A stretch of 64,000 nucleotides of DNA from NCBI GenBank assembly GCA_027459785.1, contig DAIDGU010000056.1, forward strand, positions 40,230 through 104,229. The letters run 5' to 3'. How positions within the stretch are numbered: the stretch's first letter is position 1; the number at the start of each line of letters is the position of its first letter. The notes beneath the pieces were generated by a model. The model did not search any database. It saw only the letters and a list, made by a program, of their open reading frames with translations, and was not told the origin of the DNA. Both the position numbers and the translations under genes were made by a program. Below, piece by piece: positions 18,805 to 28,063 of this stretch. The stretch comes from Ktedonobacteria bacterium. Its GTDB lineage: Bacteria; Chloroflexota; Ktedonobacteria; Ktedonobacterales; JACDGC01.

Positions 18805-20466
18805 TTATGTCATCTTTTCCGGCTGGACTTCGCGCGCCCGTCGCAGGATCTGCCCGCCCGCCGCGAGCGCGACGATGGCGACGGCGAGCAGCCCACCGGT
18901 GCGCAGCAGCGCGATCAGCGGGCCGACGTGGGGGTCGCTTTGGCCCGGCAGCGGCACGAAGCGCGTGGGATAGATGATCTCTTGCACGCGCGGGAGGCAG
19001 AAGAGCGTCAGCGCCAGCCACAGCGCCCAGGCGGAGGGCGTGCGCGCCAGCCCGCGCTGCCAGGCCAGGTACGCCAGCGCGACCAGCGCCGGCACGATCA
19101 AGCAAAAATGAATATCCTCCGCCAGCGGGCTGAGCAGCACGATCAGCGGCAGCGCCAGCAGTTGCGTCCCCAGCGTCAACGCCGGATCAGCTTTTTCTCG
19201 CGCAGGTGAGGGTGCTGACAATCGCTTCACGAAAGCCGTATAGGCGCGAAGCACAGACATGCCCACCGCATTTCCCTCAATAACCCTTCGTACTCCTGCT
19301 TTCTCTGCGTGATCTTCGTGGCTCGTCCTCACCTCGCCCAAGCTGGCAGGGGTCGCGCGCAGCCACAGCGCCACTGCACCCACCAGCGCGCCAAGCCGCA
19401 GCGGCAGCACCAACCACGGTGCCACGACCAGCGGGCGCGTATAGTGGTTGACGGTAAACATGCGCAGCAGCATCCCATACGGCGACTGATTGATATATTC
19501 CGCATCGGCATGGAAAGCGTTCCATTGGGTAAAGAAGACGATATAGTCATGCAGCGCCCCCAGGCCGACGGGGACGAACGCGAGCGCCACCAGCGCCACC
19601 GCCGCCAGCCCGCCGCGCACCGCCGTGCGCCAATCTCCCTGCCACAGCCACACCAGCAACACCAGCGCCAGGGGCGGCTTCACCGCGATGGCCAGCGCCA
19701 GCACCAGCGCCGCCGGCCAGCCGTGTCCCCGTTGCCACAGGCTGCACGCCCCCACCGCCAGCGCCGCCATTAGCAGATCCGCCTGCCCCAGCCACAGATC
19801 ATACGTCACCACCGCCGGCAACAAACACGCCGCCGCAAATGCCAGCGCCGCCGCCCACCGCTCGATCCCAGTCCGCGACGGCGGACTTCGTGGCGGCACG
19901 CCCTTAGGCGCGGTTTCAACCGCCCGCATCCCCGTTGCTCCGACATGCGCCCGCCGTCCCTTCGCGTCGCCCACCACTCCCGTTGCTCCGGCATCCGCCC
20001 GCGTTTTCCCGCCCTCCGGCAGCAGGTTCCGTTGCAGTTCCCAGCCCATCCACACGACGGCAGCGACATTCAGCGCGGTCCACAGCAGCCAGATGGCGCG
20101 GGCCGGCAGCCCCAGCACCACCGGCACGGCCAGCACCAACGCCAGCAGCGGCGGATAAACATAGCCGTGCGCCTGAATGCCAGCGGCGTTTGTGCCGTTG
20201 CCCTGGCTGATCAGATCATGATAGGGATTATGGCCGGTGGCGACCGCCCGCGCCCCCGCCAGGTACGCGGCGAAGTCCGTCCCCGCGTGCGCTCCCGGAC
20301 CGGCGGCGTGCAACCAGATCGCCGCGCCGAGGGCGACGGCCAGCGCGATCACGCCGAGCGCCGGCAGATGCGTGCGCCATCCCCGCCAGTTTTCGCCTAG
20401 CAGCGCTGTTATCGCCTGCTCGTCGCGCATCGCTCGCTCCTGCTGCTGTTCACCGTACCGTGGCAT
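18805..20466 (-). CDS. Polytopic membrane protein, glycosyltransferase family 87/DUF2029-like, carrying an in-frame repeat-derived insert
   Basis: More than 10 TM helices, GT87-like topology; residues ~170-215 (AVETAPKGVPPRSPPSRTG) are encoded by a family C repeat copy. Confidence 0.55.
   Translation of the reverse strand: MPRYGEQQQERAMRDEQAITALLGENWRGWRTHLPALGVIALAVALGAAIWLHAAGPGAHAGTDFAAYLAGARAVATGHNPYHDLISQGNGTNAAGIQAHGYVYPPLLALVLAVPVVLGLPARAIWLLWTALNVAAVVWMGWELQRNLLPEGGKTRADAGATGVVGDAKGRRAHVGATGMRAVETAPKGVPPRSPPSRTGIERWAAALAFAAACLLPAVVTYDLWLGQADLLMAALAVGACSLWQRGHGWPAALVLALAIAVKPPLALVLLVWLWQGDWRTAVRGGLAAVALVALAFVPVGLGALHDYIVFFTQWNAFHADAEYINQSPYGMLLRMFTVNHYTRPLVVAPWLVLPLRLGALVGAVALWLRATPASLGEVRTSHEDHAEKAGVRRVIEGNAVGMSVLRAYTAFVKRLSAPSPAREKADPALTLGTQLLALPLIVLLSPLAEDIHFCLIVPALVALAYLAWQRGLARTPSAWALWLALTLFCLPRVQEIIYPTRFVPLPGQSDPHVGPLIALLRTGGLLAVAIVALAAGGQILRRAREVQPEKMT
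19869..20020. repeat. Repeat family C copy plus degenerate tandem units, inside the 18805..20466 CDS
   Basis: cagtccgcgacggcggacttcgtggcggcacgcccttaggcgcggtttcaaccgcccg, then ccccgttgctccg.. units. Confidence 0.7.
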
Positions 20467-20663
20467 CTCTTGGTTTCAAGTATAGGACGAATGAAGGACG
20501 GGAAAAGCGCGCGGCCCCGCCCGGAGATGCGCTTTCATCTGTTGCTGAGCGATGTGTGAGCAACCTCGCACCCACACCTACATGGGATGTGCTACGATCA
20601 AGAGAGACACCCGATCATCACGGGCAGCGCCGACCGCACCCGGCCAACATATGGAGGCAAGCA

Positions 20664-21008
20664 ATGGAACCGATGTCAACCTATAACGCACCCACCACGT
20701 ACACCCGGCCCAAGAAGGGATCGATCCTCTGGGGCGCGGTGGTGATGTTTTTCGGCTCGCTCATCCTGGGGTTCATCCCCTTCTTCGGCGGTTTGATCGC
20801 CGGCATCGTGGGCGGCAAGATCGCCGGTTCGGTGCGCAACGCGCTCATCGCCGCGCTCATCCCGGCCATCATCCTCGCCATCGGGGCGGCGGTCATCGGC
20901 ATCTTTCACCCCGTTCTCTTCATTTTCGCCGGCGTGGTGGCGTTTGTGGTCGCGCTCTTCCACCTGGCGGGCGTGATCATCGGCGCATTCATCGGCGGCA
21001 TTCTGTAG
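20664..21008 (+). CDS. Small hydrophobic membrane protein (hypothetical)
   Basis: About 115 aa with Gly/Ala-rich TM helices; starts at the internal ATG (MEPMSTY). Confidence 0.45.
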   Translation: MEPMSTYNAPTTYTRPKKGSILWGAVVMFFGSLILGFIPFFGGLIAGIVGGKIAGSVRNALIAALIPAIILAIGAAVIGIFHPVLFIFAGVVAFVVALFHLAGVIIGAFIGGIL

Positions 21009-21025
21009 GCTCAGTTCCGAGGGCA

Positions 21026-21802
21026 GTGTGCATGCCAGATGCAGATGCGGCCCGCCAGGCCCACGCGGCGGCGCTGCTGGGCGAACCCGGCCTGATGGCG
21101 CACATTGACGCGCAGATCGCCGCGTTGGATGTCGCGCCAGCGCCAGCCGTGGCGCTAATTGCCGGCGCACCGCACCTAGCGGGTACGCGCCGGCTCGGCT
21201 TGCTGGCCGGATCGTTCAATCCGCCGACGCTGGCGCACCTGGCGCTGGCCGACAGCGCCCGCGCCCATGCCGCGCTGGACGGCGTGGTGTGGGCGATCAG
21301 CCGCGTGACGGTGGATAAAGAACGGGTGACGCGCGCACCGCTCGACGCCCGCCTGGCAACCCTCGCCGCACTGGTCGCTGCGCGCCCCGGCGACGCCGTC
21401 GCCCTCATCAATCGCGGCCTGTACGCCGACCAGGCCCAGGCCATGCGCGCCGCCCTACCCGATCTGCGCGACCTCGCCATCATCACTGGCTACGACAAGA
21501 TCGTACAGATCTTCGATCCCCATTATTACGCCGACCGCACCGCCGCGCTGGACGAACTTTTCGGGCTGGCAGAGGTGCTGGTGGCCCCGCGCAACGACGA
21601 TGACGCCGCCGACCTGGCCGCGCTGCTGGCCCAGCCCGCGAACCGGCCCTACGCCGACCGTGTCCGCTTCATCCCGCTCGCTCCCCACTGGCGCACGCTT
21701 TCCGCCACGGAGATCCGCGACCGCATCGCTCATAATCAGCCCATCGCCGATCTCGTCCCGCCCGCCACGCTGGCGCTGGTCGCTGCCGGCGCGTACCGGT
21801 GA
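21026..21802 (+). CDS. Cytidylyltransferase-fold nucleotidyltransferase, NadD-like (nicotinate-nucleotide adenylyltransferase family)
   Basis: GSFNPPTLAHL (a variant of GxFxPxHxxH) and the C-terminal SATEIR motif. Confidence 0.5.
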   Translation: MCMPDADAARQAHAAALLGEPGLMAHIDAQIAALDVAPAPAVALIAGAPHLAGTRRLGLLAGSFNPPTLAHLALADSARAHAALDGVVWAISRVTVDKERVTRAPLDARLATLAALVAARPGDAVALINRGLYADQAQAMRAALPDLRDLAIITGYDKIVQIFDPHYYADRTAALDELFGLAEVLVAPRNDDDAADLAALLAQPANRPYADRVRFIPLAPHWRTLSATEIRDRIAHNQPIADLVPPATLALVAAGAYR

Positions 21803-21921
21803 GCGCCCGCCATTCTTTTTTTGTTTGCTAGAAAGAACTCGTGAAACACTTCGCCCTCGTCATTCTGTCTTGATCTCTAGCACATGTGTGATGGCTGGCA
21901 AGTCGAAGGATGATCGTTTGA

Positions 21922-22467
21922 ATGGATGATGGGAGCTTCGTCGCGCGCGTTACGCCCCACTTGGCGGAGATGCTGCGCGTCGCCGCCGTGCTGGTCGGGC
22001 CGGCGGAAGCGGAAGACGCCGTGCAAGAGGCGTGCGTGCGCGCCTGGCAAGGCTGGCCGGAGTTGCGGGCGGCGGAGGCCGTGCGCACCTGGCTGTTGCG
22101 CATCGTCGTGAACGTGTGTCGCAATTGGCTCAACGGCCATTTCGGCACGCACCGCGACCGCACCACGCCACTGGAAGGTGATCTCGTGCGCCAACTCGCC
22201 CTGCCCGGCAGCGATCCCGGCAACAGCGACCATACCGGCGCGCTGGATCTGCATCAAGCAATGGCCCATTTGGATGCCGACCTGCGCGTGGTGGTGGCGC
22301 TGCGCTACTTCGTGGGGCTGGATGCCAGCGCGATCGGCGCGGCGCTGGGCCTGCCGCCGGCCACCGTGCGCACCCGGCTCCGCCGCGCCTTGCTGCACCT
22401 GCGCGACCGCCTTCAGCCGGACGTGAGCCTGACCGCGCCCCACAGCGAGGGAGATGCACATGCTTGA
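21922..22467 (+). CDS. ECF-subfamily RNA polymerase sigma-70 factor
   Basis: Region 2 (RIVVNVCRNWL) and a region 4 helix-turn-helix (DASAIGAALGLPPATVRTRLRRAL). Confidence 0.8.
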   Translation: MDDGSFVARVTPHLAEMLRVAAVLVGPAEAEDAVQEACVRAWQGWPELRAAEAVRTWLLRIVVNVCRNWLNGHFGTHRDRTTPLEGDLVRQLALPGSDPGNSDHTGALDLHQAMAHLDADLRVVVALRYFVGLDASAIGAALGLPPATVRTRLRRALLHLRDRLQPDVSLTAPHSEGDAHA

Positions 22468-23929
22468 TGATACCTTTGGCAATCATGCAGGAGAAGACAT
22501 TTTTCCTGACGCCGATCCCACGCTGCACGCGACGGAACAACGCCTGATCGATCTCGGTGTAGCGTGGCGGGCGCGTCCCCTCACCACCGCGCCGCTCGCC
22601 GATCACGTGCGCGATCTTGCCGCCACTGGCCGGTCCCCATCATCTGCCTACGCGCTTCAAGAGGAATTTGTTTTGATGCAAGCTACCGCTACTCCGCCGG
22701 TCGCTACGGCACCCAAAGCCGTTCGCCGCCGCTGGCTCATGATCCCCACTGCCGCCGCCTTGCTGGTGGCCGTGCTGAACGTCGCCGTCTTCGCTGCCTT
22801 CGCGCACCGCCCAGCAACGAGCGCGCGCCCCTATACCAGCACCACGATCACGCCGACCATCGCCACCGTCGCTGCCCAGGCGCTCGACCGCTATGCCACC
22901 GGCGCGAACGAAGCGTCGTCGCTCACCACCGGACCGGACGGCGCGCTCTGGTTCACTGGCACCGATGCCCCCACCGCCGCGATTGCCAGCAGCATGATCG
23001 GACGCATGACGACCGCTGGTGCGCTCACTACCTATCCCATCCCCAACTCGTCGTATGTCTTCGATCCCAAAACACATGATCTCCTACGTAACTCCTTCGC
23101 TGATTCAATCATTAGGGGACCGGACGGCAATCTCTGGTTCACCTATAGCGTGGGAACCGCCCAACGCCAGGATAATAATCCGCCGACCAACATGAACTTT
23201 ACAGGCGCGATCGGGCGCATCACGCCAGCGGGCAAGATGACATTTTTCGCGCTCACACCCGATCTGCCCACGCAGGCGACCAATGCCGGTCTTGGTGATC
23301 TCACGGTCGGACCTGATAACAATCTCTGGTTCACCGCCAGCTATGAGCAAGGCAAAACCACCAACGGCCTGATTGGGCGCATCACGACCACCGGCGCGAT
23401 TACCCTCTTCCCACTCCCCGGCCACGCGATCCCCGTCGGCATCGTTACCGGACCAGATAAGCATGTGTGGTTCGCCGACGGCAACACCATCGGTCGCATG
23501 GCACAGGACGGCTCGGCGACGTATATTCCCATCACCGGTTCAACAAATTTTGTGGCCTTTGATGGAACTGGCAAACTGTGGTTCTTCGACGGCAACCGCA
23601 TGGGGCGGCTTGATCCCATCGCTCGCACCATTACGTATACCGCCTTACCCCAACTTTACACGGCATTCGGTTTACAAGCTGGGCCGAATGGCGATGTGTG
23701 GGCGACGCTGCAAGATCCTGGCCTGCCAGCTACCTATCCTGCTGACCGGCACTTGTATACCTTTACTACCAGCGGCGCGATTCGCCAGGTAACGCTGCCC
23801 GGCACGAACTTTTCTGGCAATCTAGGCATCGGCCCCGATGGCAAGCTCTGGCTGGCGGACTTCCAATTCACCGGCCCTGGCCGCACGACCAACGACCTCC
23901 GCAGCTACCTCGCGCGCCTCACACCATGA
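22454..23929 (+). CDS. Anti-sigma factor-like membrane protein with an extracytoplasmic Vgb/NHL-like beta-propeller
   Basis: Overlaps the sigma gene stop; one TM helix (WLMIPTAAALLVAVLNVAVFAAF); repeated GPDG.LWFT blades. Confidence 0.6.
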   Translation: MHMLDDTFGNHAGEDIFPDADPTLHATEQRLIDLGVAWRARPLTTAPLADHVRDLAATGRSPSSAYALQEEFVLMQATATPPVATAPKAVRRRWLMIPTAAALLVAVLNVAVFAAFAHRPATSARPYTSTTITPTIATVAAQALDRYATGANEASSLTTGPDGALWFTGTDAPTAAIASSMIGRMTTAGALTTYPIPNSSYVFDPKTHDLLRNSFADSIIRGPDGNLWFTYSVGTAQRQDNNPPTNMNFTGAIGRITPAGKMTFFALTPDLPTQATNAGLGDLTVGPDNNLWFTASYEQGKTTNGLIGRITTTGAITLFPLPGHAIPVGIVTGPDKHVWFADGNTIGRMAQDGSATYIPITGSTNFVAFDGTGKLWFFDGNRMGRLDPIARTITYTALPQLYTAFGLQAGPNGDVWATLQDPGLPATYPADRHLYTFTTSGAIRQVTLPGTNFSGNLGIGPDGKLWLADFQFTGPGRTTNDLRSYLARLTP

Positions 23930-24039
23930 CCCACGGCTGGCAAGCGATCAGGGGGGCGTGGCCGCACGCCCCTTAAGCACTTTTACTCACTCCATGTGAT
24001 ACAGTATTGCTTAGCACATATTCTTGGAGGTAGCAAGCG

Positions 24040-24273
24040 ATGCAACATCCCCTAATTACATCCAATCCAAACATAATGCTCGGTAAGCCAGTGGTGGCCG
24101 GCACACGCATTACCGTCGAACATATTCTAGATGAACTAGGTGGTGGGCGCTCCTTCGATGAACTGCTGGAAGCGCATCCGCGCTTGACACGCGAAGGTAT
24201 TCTGGCAGCATTGGTCTACGCCGCTGACGCGCTACGCTCTGAGGTCGTCTATCCACTGGATCAGGCATCATGA
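24040..24273 (+). CDS. DUF433-family protein (putative antitoxin)
   Basis: 77 aa; the gene-pair arrangement is conserved with a DUF5615 partner; lower GC than the flanks. Confidence 0.65.
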   Translation: MQHPLITSNPNIMLGKPVVAGTRITVEHILDELGGGRSFDELLEAHPRLTREGILAALVYAADALRSEVVYPLDQAS

Positions 24274-24626
24274 AGCTGGTCGCTGATGAAAATATTGCCC
24301 AACCAATTGTTACCCGATTGCGCCAGGAAGGGCATGAAGTTATATATATTGCTGAAATATCACCAGCTATCCTTGATGATGCTGTCCTCGATGCGGCAAA
24401 TCAAGGCGATGCCCTTTTGCTTACAGATGATAAAGACTTCGGCGAACTGGTATACCGTCAGCATCATCAAACTCTTGGCGTTGTGCTCGTGCGTTTAGCG
24501 AAATTGAGCAATGCCGTGAAAGCCGGAACCATTGTTCGTGTTCTTGCTCAATACGATACCAGGCTTCTGCGCGCTTTCTCGGTTATCACACTAGGCGCGG
24601 TGCGCATCCGGCAACCACCACAGTGA
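24270..24626 (+). CDS. DUF5615 (Mut7-C/PIN-like) family protein (putative toxin)
   Basis: 118 aa; 4-nt overlap with the upstream DUF433 gene; PIN-like acidic residues (DEN, LLTDDKDF). Confidence 0.65.
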   Translation: MKLVADENIAQPIVTRLRQEGHEVIYIAEISPAILDDAVLDAANQGDALLLTDDKDFGELVYRQHHQTLGVVLVRLAKLSNAVKAGTIVRVLAQYDTRLLRAFSVITLGAVRIRQPPQ

Positions 24627-24640
24627 TCACGCTACTACCT

Positions 24641-26191
24641 TCACTCCCACTCAATCGTCGCCGGCGGCTTAGAGGTGATGTCGAAGACGACGCGGTTCAC
24701 GGCGGGGACTTCGTTGACGATGCGGTTCGCCACGCGGGCCAGCAGGTCATAGGGCAGCCGCGCCCAGTCCGCCGTCATGAAGTCGCCGGTGGTGACGGCA
24801 CGCAGCGCGACGACGTTGGCATACGTGCGGTAATCGCCCATCACGCCCACGCTACGCACGGGCGTCAGCACGGCGAAGGCTTGCCCTGTGGGGCGATAGA
24901 GATCGGCGGCGCGCAGTTCCTCGATGAAGATCGCATCCGCCGCGCGCAACGTCGCCAGCCGCTCTTCCGTCACCGCGCCGATGACGCGGATCGCCAGGCC
25001 GGGGCCGGGGAAGGGATGTCGCCAGACCCAGTCTTCGGGGAGGCCCAGTTCCGCGCCGACCGCACGTACCTCGTCCTTGAAGAGATAGCGCAGCGGCTCG
25101 ACCAACTGGAACTTTAGGTCGCTGGGCAGCCCGCCGACGTTGTGGTGGGTCTTGATCGTCTGCGCGGCGGCGGTGTCGTGGCTAGTACTCTCGATCACGT
25201 CGGGGTAGAGCGTCCCTTGCGCCAGGAACGGCACATCGCCCAGCTTGGCCGCTTCGCCCTCGAAAACGCGGATGAACTCCGCGCCGATGCGCTTGCGCTT
25301 CTCTTCGGGATCTTCCACCCCCGCCAGGCGTTCCAGGAAGCGAGCGCGAGCATCGGCCACGATCAGCGGGATGTGCATGTGGTCGCGGAAGGTCGCCGCC
25401 ACCTGTTCGCCTTCACCCTGGCGCAACAGGCCCGTATCCACGAAAACGCACGTGAGTTGATCGCCGACGGCGCGATGGATCAAGAGCGCAGCCACGGCGG
25501 AATCCACGCCGCCGGAGAGGCCGCAGATCACACGCCTGTCGCCCACCTGGGCTTTGATGCGCGCCACCGTTGCCTCGATCACGTTTTCCGTCGTCCACTC
25601 CGGCGCGCAGCCACAGATGCCGAAGAGGAAGTTTTCCAGCACCTGCGCGCCCTGCGGCGTATGCGCCACTTCGGGATGGAATTGCAGGCCTACCAGTCCG
25701 CGCGCGTGTCCCATTGCCGCCACCGGATTGCTGTCGGAGGTCGCCAGCAGCGTGAAGCCTTCCGGCAGCTCGGTGACGGAATCACCGTGGCTCATCCACA
25801 CGTGCAGCGAGGTCGAAGCGTCCAGCCCGGCGAAGATCGCGTCCTGCGGCGCGGGATGCTCGTCCGTCAGTGTGATCGTGGCCGGACCATATTCGCGCCG
25901 CCCCGTCGCCAACTGCACCTTGCCGCCCAGCGCCTGCGCCATCACCTGCATGCCGTAGCAGATCCCCAACACCGGCAAGTTGCTGGTGAAGATCGCCGCG
26001 TCGCACTGCGGCGCACCGGCATCATAGACGCTATTCGGCCCACCGGAAAGGATCACGCCCTGGCAACCACGCGCCCGCAAATCCTCCAACGTCGTCGTGT
26101 TCGGGACGATCTCGCTATACACCCGCGCCTCGCGCACGCGCCGAGCGATCAGGCGCGTGTATTGGGAGCCGAAGTCGAAGATGGCGATCAT
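24641..26191 (-). CDS. guaA: GMP synthase (glutamine-hydrolysing)
   Basis: 516 aa; GATase N-terminus [19 protein letters not shown]; PP-loop SGGVDS. Confidence 0.95.
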   Translation of the reverse strand: MIAIFDFGSQYTRLIARRVREARVYSEIVPNTTTLEDLRARGCQGVILSGGPNSVYDAGAPQCDAAIFTSNLPVLGICYGMQVMAQALGGKVQLATGRREYGPATITLTDEHPAPQDAIFAGLDASTSLHVWMSHGDSVTELPEGFTLLATSDSNPVAAMGHARGLVGLQFHPEVAHTPQGAQVLENFLFGICGCAPEWTTENVIEATVARIKAQVGDRRVICGLSGGVDSAVAALLIHRAVGDQLTCVFVDTGLLRQGEGEQVAATFRDHMHIPLIVADARARFLERLAGVEDPEEKRKRIGAEFIRVFEGEAAKLGDVPFLAQGTLYPDVIESTSHDTAAAQTIKTHHNVGGLPSDLKFQLVEPLRYLFKDEVRAVGAELGLPEDWVWRHPFPGPGLAIRVIGAVTEERLATLRAADAIFIEELRAADLYRPTGQAFAVLTPVRSVGVMGDYRTYANVVALRAVTTGDFMTADWARLPYDLLARVANRIVNEVPAVNRVVFDITSKPPATIEWE

Positions 26192-26329
26192 GGTGGGTCT
26201 GCTCTTTCTGAAGATTCCGGCACGTCATGCCGAGCGGCGCAGTGGCCTCAATGACCCCAGCGCGCATAATAGTCGTGTGTATTGGCTAGGTATTGATACT
26301 ATATCACCGAATTGACCAGTCTGGCTCAG

Positions 26330-26375
26330 GTGGCTGTCCTCTGGATGATAGCGTAATTACCCGCAAACGGTATTC
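26330..26375. repeat. Partial repeat family A copy
   Basis: ggctgtcctctggatgatagcgtaattacccgc matches the 32226-32262 segment. Confidence 0.5.
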
Positions 26376-26624
26376 CAGCGGATGGCGAAAGGATTGCTAT
26401 GCCGTCACCATCTCTACTTCACTATGCAGCGCGTGCGCTGTTTCCTGCAATGGCTATTGCAACGTTTCGATGCGCTGCTCCTTATCCTTGATCCGCTGAC
26501 GGAGGTCTATTTTGTTCTAGAAAAACTGGTATGGCTCCGAAAAAAAAACGTCTCATGCGTTTCCTCGGCACGTTTGGCAGAGCCTATGCGTCGCAAACGG
26601 TTAAGCTGAAGGAGGTGGGATACG

Positions 26625-26918
26625 ATGCAAACCTGGTTTCAAGATTTTCTGCATACGATGGAAGATGTCTTGCGTCGTATGGTGCGCGCGTTCGTCCTGT
26701 GGGGCGCGGTGATCACATTCGTCGCAACCGCATGGTTCAGCCTGGCTGTTCATCGTTTGCCGCGTGGCGGCGAATGGGGATTAGTCCTTGGCCTCTTCAT
26801 CGCTTCGGGTTTATTGGGGATGCTGGCCATCTTAGTATGGGAACTCTCGCATATCGGGCCGATCATGCGCGCCGTCAAGCGCCAGGATGAGCCACACATT
26901 ATCTATCACAACCGCTAG
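26625..26918 (+). CDS. Small membrane protein (hypothetical)
   Basis: Strong SD (AAGGAGGTG) 6 nt upstream; two predicted TM helices; preferred over the overlapping 26531..26890 frame. Confidence 0.45.
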   Translation: MQTWFQDFLHTMEDVLRRMVRAFVLWGAVITFVATAWFSLAVHRLPRGGEWGLVLGLFIASGLLGMLAILVWELSHIGPIMRAVKRQDEPHIIYHNR

Positions 26919-26989
26919 CACACATACCCTGCGGCAAGCGTACCAGCGTTCCACCCAACTGCCTGCCAGAAGTCACGCCCACAGCGCCG

Positions 26990-27388
26990 TCACGCTTCGG
27001 TTGCCGGCGGAGTATTGCCGCGCTCTAATCGCTCCACCCGCACCATAAGCTCATTATGGCGCTCTGCCTGTGCCGCGAACCCCTCGCGCATTTCTTTCAG
27101 CATCTCTTGCTGTGTCGCCTCGATATTACTGACCTTTTGTGTCAGCACGATGACAACGTCAGCCAGTGCCTTGATATCGTTCCTAAGTTCATTATCGCGG
27201 GTCAACGACTCCCGTCGGAGGGCTTCATCGCGGGCGATCGCTTCTTGCCGATCCACCCGCATTTGCGTCTTAATCTCGTCGGTTTGACCGTTGACAAAGG
27301 TGGTGATGCGCAGGAACAGACGATCAAGCGCCATCGTAAGCTGATCAGGGTAAATCGGTTGCTGCGGCGGTTGTGGTTGCGCGGCCAT
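26990..27388 (-). CDS. Coiled-coil hypothetical protein (paralog of 15535..15930)
   Basis: 132 aa; shares the MREGFAAQAERHNEL signature with 15535..15930. Confidence 0.5.
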   Translation of the reverse strand: MAAQPQPPQQPIYPDQLTMALDRLFLRITTFVNGQTDEIKTQMRVDRQEAIARDEALRRESLTRDNELRNDIKALADVVIVLTQKVSNIEATQQEMLKEMREGFAAQAERHNELMVRVERLERGNTPPATEA

Positions 27389-27552
27389 GAGCGTACTCCT
27401 CTCGTTGCTGAAAGCATACCATATTCACGCCCTCTTGTCGATGCACGGGGCGAACCCCAATGGATGCGTGCTATACCCCCTACGATGCAGCGTGGGGCTG
27501 CCGATATGATGAATAAGACGAGGCCGCGCCAGGATTTCCAGGAGGAAGCACC

Positions 27553-28020
27553 ATGAAAGTTGAGTTTATCAATCCCTTCGTCAAAGCCGCCATCGATGTA
27601 CTCAAATCGGAGATCGGGTCCGAGATTGAGCGCGGGCGATTGCGTGTGGATGCCAGCGCCAGCAGCAACCAGGATGTGAACGTGATGATCGGCGTCACCG
27701 GTGCCGCGCAGGGTTTCGTGCTGTATAGCATGGCGAGCGAGACGGCGAAAAACATTGTCGGCAAGATGATGGGCCAGCCCTTCGAGGAATTCGATGCGCT
27801 GGCGCAGAGCGGCATCGCCGAGATGGGCAACGTCATCACCGGCCTCGCCAGTCGTGGCCTCTCCGAGACCGGCTACATCTGCAACATCACGCCGCCCACG
27901 CTCATCACCGGCAAGCACACCACCATCGGCACGCTGGATATCCCCCGCCTGGCGCTGCCCCTCACCACCGTCTGCGGCATCATCGAGATTCACCTGGCCC
28001 TGCGCGAGATGGCCGCCTAA
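27553..28020 (+). CDS. cheX: CheX/CheC-like chemotaxis phosphatase family protein
   Basis: 155 aa; CheX signature (MKVEFINPFVKAAIDVLKSE...GNVITG); AGGAGG SD. Confidence 0.7.
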   Translation: MKVEFINPFVKAAIDVLKSEIGSEIERGRLRVDASASSNQDVNVMIGVTGAAQGFVLYSMASETAKNIVGKMMGQPFEEFDALAQSGIAEMGNVITGLASRGLSETGYICNITPPTLITGKHTTIGTLDIPRLALPLTTVCGIIEIHLALREMAA

Positions 28021-28063
28021 GCCATGCCTGGCTCGTACCCAGCAGGCATACGTGGCTGAACGA

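Noticed and set aside
25142-26254. 370-aa plus-strand ORF antisense to guaA
   Set aside because: A shadow ORF; guaA is unambiguous.
26531-26890. 119-aa plus-strand ORF overlapping 26625..26918
   Set aside because: It lacks an SD, whereas the overlapping frame has AAGGAGGTG at ideal spacing and TM-helix composition.
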